DNA of 64,000 bases, taken from NCBI GenBank assembly GCA_963825135.1, contig CAWGRW010000009.1, forward strand, positions 2,016,001 through 2,080,000, in the 5' to 3' direction. Shown here piece after piece: positions 58,626-64,000 of this stretch (the first letter of the stretch is position 1; every line of letters begins with the position of its first letter). The notes beneath the pieces were generated by a model. The model made no database searches. It was not told the DNA's origin and saw only the letters and a list, made by a program, of their open reading frames with translations. The position numbers and the translations under genes are program-made. The stretch is from an uncultured bacterium (GTDB taxonomy: Bacteria; Desulfobacterota_D; UBA1144; Nemesobacterales; UBA2774).

Positions 58626-58840
58626 CCGGGTAACTCATCCGGACGATCCGTAATTCCTTATCGATATACGTGTATTGAGGAAATAACACTGAAGCCCGGG
58701 GTTTTGTTTGATGAGTCTCGACGGATAATGTCGAGAGATTAGGACGTTTCGGGTATTGTAAGAATCTGTACTGAGAGCATTTATGCTGAGAGGTATGTAA
58801 ATTTGCAATTTGGAGTTGAAATAAATTACGGGGGTGTGTT

Positions 58841-59659
58841 ATGAAGAGACTGGCTTTCAATAAGTGCACATGGGCTTTTTTTCTTTTTCTCTTGCTCGCT
58901 TTGCCTGCGCTTTCGCAGACTGAGCAAGGGGTCGAGGTAAAGGACGCGCCCAGGATCGATCCCGAATCCATATCGGACCTTGTGGAATCTCTGGAATTCC
59001 TCTCGAAGGCCGGCAGCTTCAGCTTCACGGCGGAGCAGGAGTACGACGCTCTCCAGGGAAACGGCCAGAAGATAGAGTTCGGAGGCGTCCACAAGCTCAC
59101 GGTGGTGCGTCCCGATAAGGTGCGCTCCTACATAGTCTCGAGGGACGGGAGTAACAAGCTGTTCATATTTGACGGCAAAGACATCTATTACTCCGACCTC
59201 GAACAGAACGTCTATGCGAGCGTACCCAGGCCGGGGGACATCAACCAGGCCATGGATTACTTTACCGAGAATCTGCAAATGCCGCTCCCGCTCGGACAGC
59301 TGATATCGAGCGACACGTACGAGTGGGTGAAGAAGGAGATATATGCTGGGGGATTCGTCGACCAATCGACGATAAACGGGGTATTGTGTGACCACCTCGC
59401 GTTCAGGACCAAAAATATTGATTTTCAAGTCTGGATCGCGGCCGAGGGCGACCCTCTCCAGATGAGGCTCGTCATCGATTACAAGAATGCCCCCGGAGAG
59501 CCTCAGTTCCGGGCTGCGTTTAGAGACTGGAACATGAACCCAGAAATATCCGATTCGCTCTTCGTGTTTAAACCGGCAGAGAATATGCAGAAGATCGCGT
59601 TCGCGCCGGTGCTGCGCACGGAGATAAAAGCTGAAGAAAAAGAGGGAGAGAAGAAATGA
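58841..59659 (+). CDS. DUF2092 periplasmic protein (LolA-like fold suspected)
   Basis: Signal peptide, GQKIEF, VRPDK, FDGK, CDHLAFR..IDFQVWI..GDPL. Confidence 0.85.
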   Translation: MKRLAFNKCTWAFFLFLLLALPALSQTEQGVEVKDAPRIDPESISDLVESLEFLSKAGSFSFTAEQEYDALQGNGQKIEFGGVHKLTVVRPDKVRSYIVSRDGSNKLFIFDGKDIYYSDLEQNVYASVPRPGDINQAMDYFTENLQMPLPLGQLISSDTYEWVKKEIYAGGFVDQSTINGVLCDHLAFRTKNIDFQVWIAAEGDPLQMRLVIDYKNAPGEPQFRAAFRDWNMNPEISDSLFVFKPAENMQKIAFAPVLRTEIKAEEKEGEKK

Positions 59660-60348
59660 GAACCGACAACAAGCATATAATGAAATTTTTATTATTCGCC
59701 GTCATGTTTTTATTCCTTGTTGGCGCTTTAGAGACCTATGCAAGGGGCAGAGGGTCTGGCAGAAGCGCCAACAGAAGCAGCAACAGGAATATAAGCAGAC
59801 AGGGACCGGCCCGGACGGGATCGATGAAATCGAGCGATTTCGGCAGTCAATCGAACAGATCGAGCTCCCGGAACGTACAGCGGAGCAGCAGCAATACAGG
59901 CAGCCAGACTCAGAGGAAACAGAAGGCACAGGACTACAAGGCCGCAAACCCGGACAAGGCGAAAGACTTCCAGGACAAGCGCGCGGATAATGCAAAGGAA
60001 TTCCAGGACGACCGTCAGGACTACCAGACGGACAAGCGTGAGGACTGGCAGGACTATGGTAACAATGCCCGAAATGACCGTCAGGATTTTTACGATGACA
60101 ATAACAACTACAGATATGACGACGATTGGGATTGGGGCGACAACGTCGAATACCCGTATGCCGCGGCGGCCGCAATAGCCGTCGGTACAGCGCTGACCGT
60201 TTCCGCGTACAATTCGATGGCCTGTAACCCGACAACGGTTTACGTGAACGGAGTGACGTATTATCAATGCGGCTCGACGTGGTATAACCAGGCGTATCAG
60301 CAGGGAGACGTCGTCTATGTAGTTGTCGACAGACCGTCCGGGTACTGA
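59656..60348 (+). CDS. Secreted low-complexity/repeat protein with DUF6515-like C-terminal domain
   Basis: Signal peptide, R/S/G-rich segment, QD(Y/F) repeats, C..VYVNGVTYYQCG..WY...YVVV; 4-nt overlap with the DUF2092 gene. Confidence 0.75.
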   Translation: MRTDNKHIMKFLLFAVMFLFLVGALETYARGRGSGRSANRSSNRNISRQGPARTGSMKSSDFGSQSNRSSSRNVQRSSSNTGSQTQRKQKAQDYKAANPDKAKDFQDKRADNAKEFQDDRQDYQTDKREDWQDYGNNARNDRQDFYDDNNNYRYDDDWDWGDNVEYPYAAAAAIAVGTALTVSAYNSMACNPTTVYVNGVTYYQCGSTWYNQAYQQGDVVYVVVDRPSGY

Positions 60349-60507
60349 GGTTCTTTTCGGTGCCGGCACCTTACACAATCGGCATTTACAGGTAATCGAT
60401 TGCCGGCCGGGGACATTGATTTAATACCTACGTTCGATAGTTATATCCCGATGTTCCATAAGCAACCGGAAGGGTTGCGGTTATCCTGAAATAGACGCCG
60501 GGGAACA

Positions 60508-62217
60508 TCAGGCGGGATTGGCTTCGACGGCGGAGCTCTTTACGAGAGCAAGGAACTCGGTGTAGCTTTTTATTTTAAGCACCCTCTCGGTCATTCCGTA
60601 CACACGGAAAAGCTTGGCCAGCTCCGCTGTGATTTCGAGCTGCGTATCCGGAGCGTCGACGGGGGTGAGTATAAGGAATATCACGTATGCGGGCTTATCG
60701 TCGGGCGCGTCGAAGTCGATTCCCCTATCGGAGACGCCGACGGTCACTACCGGCTTGCTGATTCCTTCGATACGGGCATGGGGCAGCGCAACCCCGTTGC
60801 CGATTCCCGTGGGAAGGGTTTCTTCCCGTTCCCATACCGCGGCTTCCACCTCGCTCGTGTTGAGGCCCGACGCCTCACATGCCATGGCCGTGAGCTCGTG
60901 TATCGCCATGCGGCTCGAGAAGGCCTGGAGATCGCGCGTAAAGAGCCTTGAGGACAGGACGTCCTGGAGCGTCCGTTTCTTGCCGAGACGGAGTATGAGC
61001 CGTATAGCCGGCCCGCTTATCATGGACGTGACGATGGCCATGATAACAAGAGCGACGAACAGGCGCGGACGTATAATTCCCGCTTGAAGGGCGAGCAGGC
61101 CGAGGATTATCTCCATTGCGCCCCTTGCGTTCATCGCGAACCCGACCGCCCAGGCGTCACGCTTGGGGAGGTTCCCCCACCTTGCCCCGAGTATTCCTCC
61201 TGCGAGCTTGCAGACGCATGCGATCAGCAATACCGTCAATACGGGCACGAGATCGAAGTGTGTGATGAAATTGACTTTCAGTCCTATGCTCGCAAAGAAG
61301 ACCGGCGCGAAAATGAAGGAGACGAATTCATCGATCATTACCCTGGTGCGCTCACGCAGATGCGAGGAATCGCCCACCGACACTCCGACGATGAAAGCGC
61401 CGAATATAGCGTGAATTCCGATCCATTCGGTAAAAGCGGCTCCGAGGAGCGCGAGTACCAGTGCGAAGCTCAGCACGCCGCCCGGCCATCGCGTATAGGC
61501 CTGCAAAAAGGGTAGAGTCCTGTGAATGAGCGAGCGTCCCACGGTGAGCATAACCCCGGCGAAAGCCAAGGTAAGCGCGATCGTTAACAGAATATTGCTC
61601 GCATGCCCGGATTCGGCTCCTATGAGGCCGAGGATTATAGCGAATATTATCCATCCTATGAGGTCGTTCAAGATAGCGGCGCTGATTACAATCATTCCAA
61701 AATCACTTCGGTAAAGGTCGAGGTCCATGAGCGTCTTTGCAATTACCGGAAGAGCGGAAATAGACAGGGCCGTCGCGAAAAAGAGGCCGAATACCATCGG
61801 GTTGGCATCGACATGTCTGCCAAGGGCTTGAGGGGCAAGCAAGGCCACGATCAACCCCAGGAAAAACGGGATTACCATGCCGGCGGTACCGACCTTGAGT
61901 CCGATTCTGCCCTGTCTCCAGATGGTGGAGAGGTCGACTTCCATACCGGCCACAAGCATAAGCAGTGAAACGGAGAGGGTAGTGAACGCGTTGAGCGCAA
62001 CGGAATTAGGACCCTCTTGCGGGAATAAAAAGGCGCTCGTTTCGGGAGCCAGGCTCCCGAGGACCGTCGGACCCAGAATCACGCCCGCGAGGATCTCTCC
62101 CAATACTGCGGGCTGGTGTAACCTCTGAGCGAGCTCTCCCAATACCCGCGCAACGCCGAGCAACAAGCCGAGTGACAGGAAGAAGACCATTATATTGTCC
62201 TGTGTGAGACTATGCAT
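60508..62217 (-). CDS. Cation:proton antiporter (CPA2) fused to a PTS EIIA domain
   Basis: GEILAGVILGP, SISALPV, ND..GW, FFASIG, RG; C-terminal RE...TGIGNGVALPHAR. Confidence 0.92.
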   Translation of the reverse strand: MHSLTQDNIMVFFLSLGLLLGVARVLGELAQRLHQPAVLGEILAGVILGPTVLGSLAPETSAFLFPQEGPNSVALNAFTTLSVSLLMLVAGMEVDLSTIWRQGRIGLKVGTAGMVIPFFLGLIVALLAPQALGRHVDANPMVFGLFFATALSISALPVIAKTLMDLDLYRSDFGMIVISAAILNDLIGWIIFAIILGLIGAESGHASNILLTIALTLAFAGVMLTVGRSLIHRTLPFLQAYTRWPGGVLSFALVLALLGAAFTEWIGIHAIFGAFIVGVSVGDSSHLRERTRVMIDEFVSFIFAPVFFASIGLKVNFITHFDLVPVLTVLLIACVCKLAGGILGARWGNLPKRDAWAVGFAMNARGAMEIILGLLALQAGIIRPRLFVALVIMAIVTSMISGPAIRLILRLGKKRTLQDVLSSRLFTRDLQAFSSRMAIHELTAMACEASGLNTSEVEAAVWEREETLPTGIGNGVALPHARIEGISKPVVTVGVSDRGIDFDAPDDKPAYVIFLILTPVDAPDTQLEITAELAKLFRVYGMTERVLKIKSYTEFLALVKSSAVEANPA

Positions 62218-62603
62218 AGTTATAATTCCGAAATTATACGTAAATTGTCCGGCATAAGCAGGACTAACGCGCGTAGGATTTTTTCGTGCCGAATCCGGGA
62301 TTGTTGCCGTACTTTGGTCTCAGGTCATAACCCTGAAGGGCGGGACCCGTTTGCCAGTCTTCGTAATTGTGCCGGGTAATTCCCGGTAAATCAATCTGAA
62401 ATTGCGTGCGGGAATCATTTAGATTTTTTCCGGTCTGCTATTCAATTCGCGGTGTGTTTGGCGGGTTAGCTTCGATTTCTTCCATATCTGAGAACCCTCA
62501 TTTCTGATACAGTCGTAATGACATTACTGATGCTTTCACTCTAGTGCGAGAATGCAGGAGATAATCCGTCACGGAAAGAGGTCAGTTAAGTCCGCCTGTA
62601 TTC

Positions 62604-62640
62604 CGGATGCCCGTTCCGGCATAGAAGGGAAGGGCATCCG
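62604..62640 (-). terminator. Stem-loop downstream of gnd
   Basis: CGGATGCCC...GGGCATCCG perfect 9-bp stem; no U-tract. Confidence 0.4.
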
Positions 62641-62666
62641 TATTCATGACGTTGGCAGTACGCTTA

Positions 62667-63683
62667 TCATTTGGCTGATTTTTCCAGGTGTCCGCCGAAC
62701 TCGTAGCGCATGGCCGAGAGCAGCCTGTTCTGGAATTCCGCATCGCCTCGGGAGCTGAACCGTGCATAGAGCGCAGTCGACAGGACCGGCACAGGTACTG
62801 CTTCGTCGATCGCGGCCTTGATGGTCCAGCGTCCCTCACCGGAGTCCGAAACCCGCCCGGCGAAGTTGGAAAGGGCCGGGTCCTCGAACAATGCGGTCGC
62901 GGTCAGGTCGAGGAGCCAGGACGCAATGACGCTTCCGCGCCGCCATACCTCGGTGATGTCAGGGAGATTCAGGTCGTACTGGTAATGCTCGGGGTCGCGA
63001 AGGGGAGTAGTTTCGGCGTCGATCTCGCTCTTCTGCTTCCCTATATTAGCCGCTTTGAGCACGCCCAGCCCCTCGGCGTACGCGGCCATTATTCCGTACT
63101 CGATGCCGTTATGTACCATCTTTACGAAGTGCCCCGCGCCGTTAGGGCCGCAGTGCAGGTAGCCCTGCTCCGACGTGCCGCCAACCTTGTCTCTTCCCGG
63201 AGTGCGGGGAATGTCGCCAATCCCCGGCGCCAGTGTGGCGAAAACCGGGTCAAGGCGCTTTACTATCTGATCTTCACCCCCGATCATCATGCAGTATCCG
63301 CGCTCGAGTCCCCAGACGCCGCCGCTCGTTCCCACATCCACATAATGTATGCCTTTCGCAGCGAGCCCCTTCGCCCGCCTGATATCATCCACATAATAGG
63401 AGTTGCCGCCGTCGATCAGTATGTCCCCCGGCTCCAATAACGGAACGATCTCGGAGATCATCTCGTCGACAACCGCCGCCGGGACCATCATCCAGATCGC
63501 CCGAGGCTTGTCAAGCTTCTTCGTGAATTCCTGTAATGAGGAGGATCCGACTGCCTTTTCCTGTACGAGTCCCTGTACTGCTTTCTGCGACCTGTCGAAA
63601 ACCACACACTGATGCCCCCCGTTTAAGAGTCGTCTCACCATATTTGCGCCCATTCGGCCTAGTCCAATCATCCCAAGCTGCAT
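62667..63683 (-). CDS. gnd: Decarboxylating 6-phosphogluconate dehydrogenase (short YqeC type)
   Basis: GLGRMG, IDGGNS, DVGTSGG, GHFVKMVHNGIEY, DSGEGRW, FGGH. Confidence 0.95.
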   Translation of the reverse strand: MQLGMIGLGRMGANMVRRLLNGGHQCVVFDRSQKAVQGLVQEKAVGSSSLQEFTKKLDKPRAIWMMVPAAVVDEMISEIVPLLEPGDILIDGGNSYYVDDIRRAKGLAAKGIHYVDVGTSGGVWGLERGYCMMIGGEDQIVKRLDPVFATLAPGIGDIPRTPGRDKVGGTSEQGYLHCGPNGAGHFVKMVHNGIEYGIMAAYAEGLGVLKAANIGKQKSEIDAETTPLRDPEHYQYDLNLPDITEVWRRGSVIASWLLDLTATALFEDPALSNFAGRVSDSGEGRWTIKAAIDEAVPVPVLSTALYARFSSRGDAEFQNRLLSAMRYEFGGHLEKSAK

Positions 63684-63956
63684 AATTGTCTCCTTATTGA
63701 TATGAGATTTAGATATTTCGCATTAGAGTTTAGTGCACGTCTTGGTTGATGACAAGCCCGTTAGGTTCGGGTTCATCTCACGTTCATACAGAGAGACGCC
63801 AATCGGAGCTCAGAACTCGTTGGGGGGATACGGGTACATAAAAATGGGTTTTCCCGGATGTCTCCACTGCCCGGTCTCATTTAAGCACCGTTTTATATCG
63901 GGGCTTGAATTTAAAGGCTTTTACGGTTGAATTGGAATACTATCGGTTTGGAGGTG

Positions 63957-63990
63957 AAAAAGAAGGGAGATGCGTCATCTCCCCCCTTTT
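63957..63990. terminator. Bidirectional-type intrinsic terminator
   Basis: GGGAGATG-CGT-CATCTCCC stem flanked by A- and T-tracts. Confidence 0.65.
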
Positions 63991-64000
63991 ATGATTCTAC

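Noticed and set aside
62218..62600. Na+/c-di-AMP riboswitch upstream of the antiporter
   Set aside because: Several small hairpins but no nhaA or ydaO consensus; a TATAAT lies only ~15 nt before the ATG, leaving no leader

Overview
Bacterial chromosome segment of a diderm with Deltaproteobacteria-like proteins (possibly Ca. Dadabacteria; inference only). Most of it is housekeeping: malic enzyme, gmk-spoT, lepB, pyrRBC, lysS-lolCE-lolD-bamA-skp-fabZ, a tRNA/tuf/rpmG/secE/nusG/rplKAJL/rpoBC block, valS, purF/purL, rlmN, alaS and rpoH. Three accessory regions stand out. (1) An arsenosugar-type cluster at 4.3-7.4 kb (arsM, AhpD-like, arsS radical SAM, DUF2064 transferase); the Cys-pair tail of ArsM sits in another reading frame. 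(2) An AT-rich islet after tRNA-Asn with an intact EEP nuclease and a decayed tyrosine-integrase remnant missed by the ORF track. (3) A ~10 kb largely uncharacterised block: GH63/MGH1-like glucosidase, secreted protein, glycine-zipper lipoprotein, aquaporin, DUF2092, an 11-mer-repeat protein, a CPA2-EIIA antiporter and gnd. It may be an osmotic-stress or compatible-solute module. Other oddities are the extreme purine/ATA codon bias in tuf, the absence of lpxD/lpxA around fabZ, and four apparent single-base insertions (arsM, valS, two in GH63) that are probably consensus errors. All calls come from motif recognition by eye; no searches were run.
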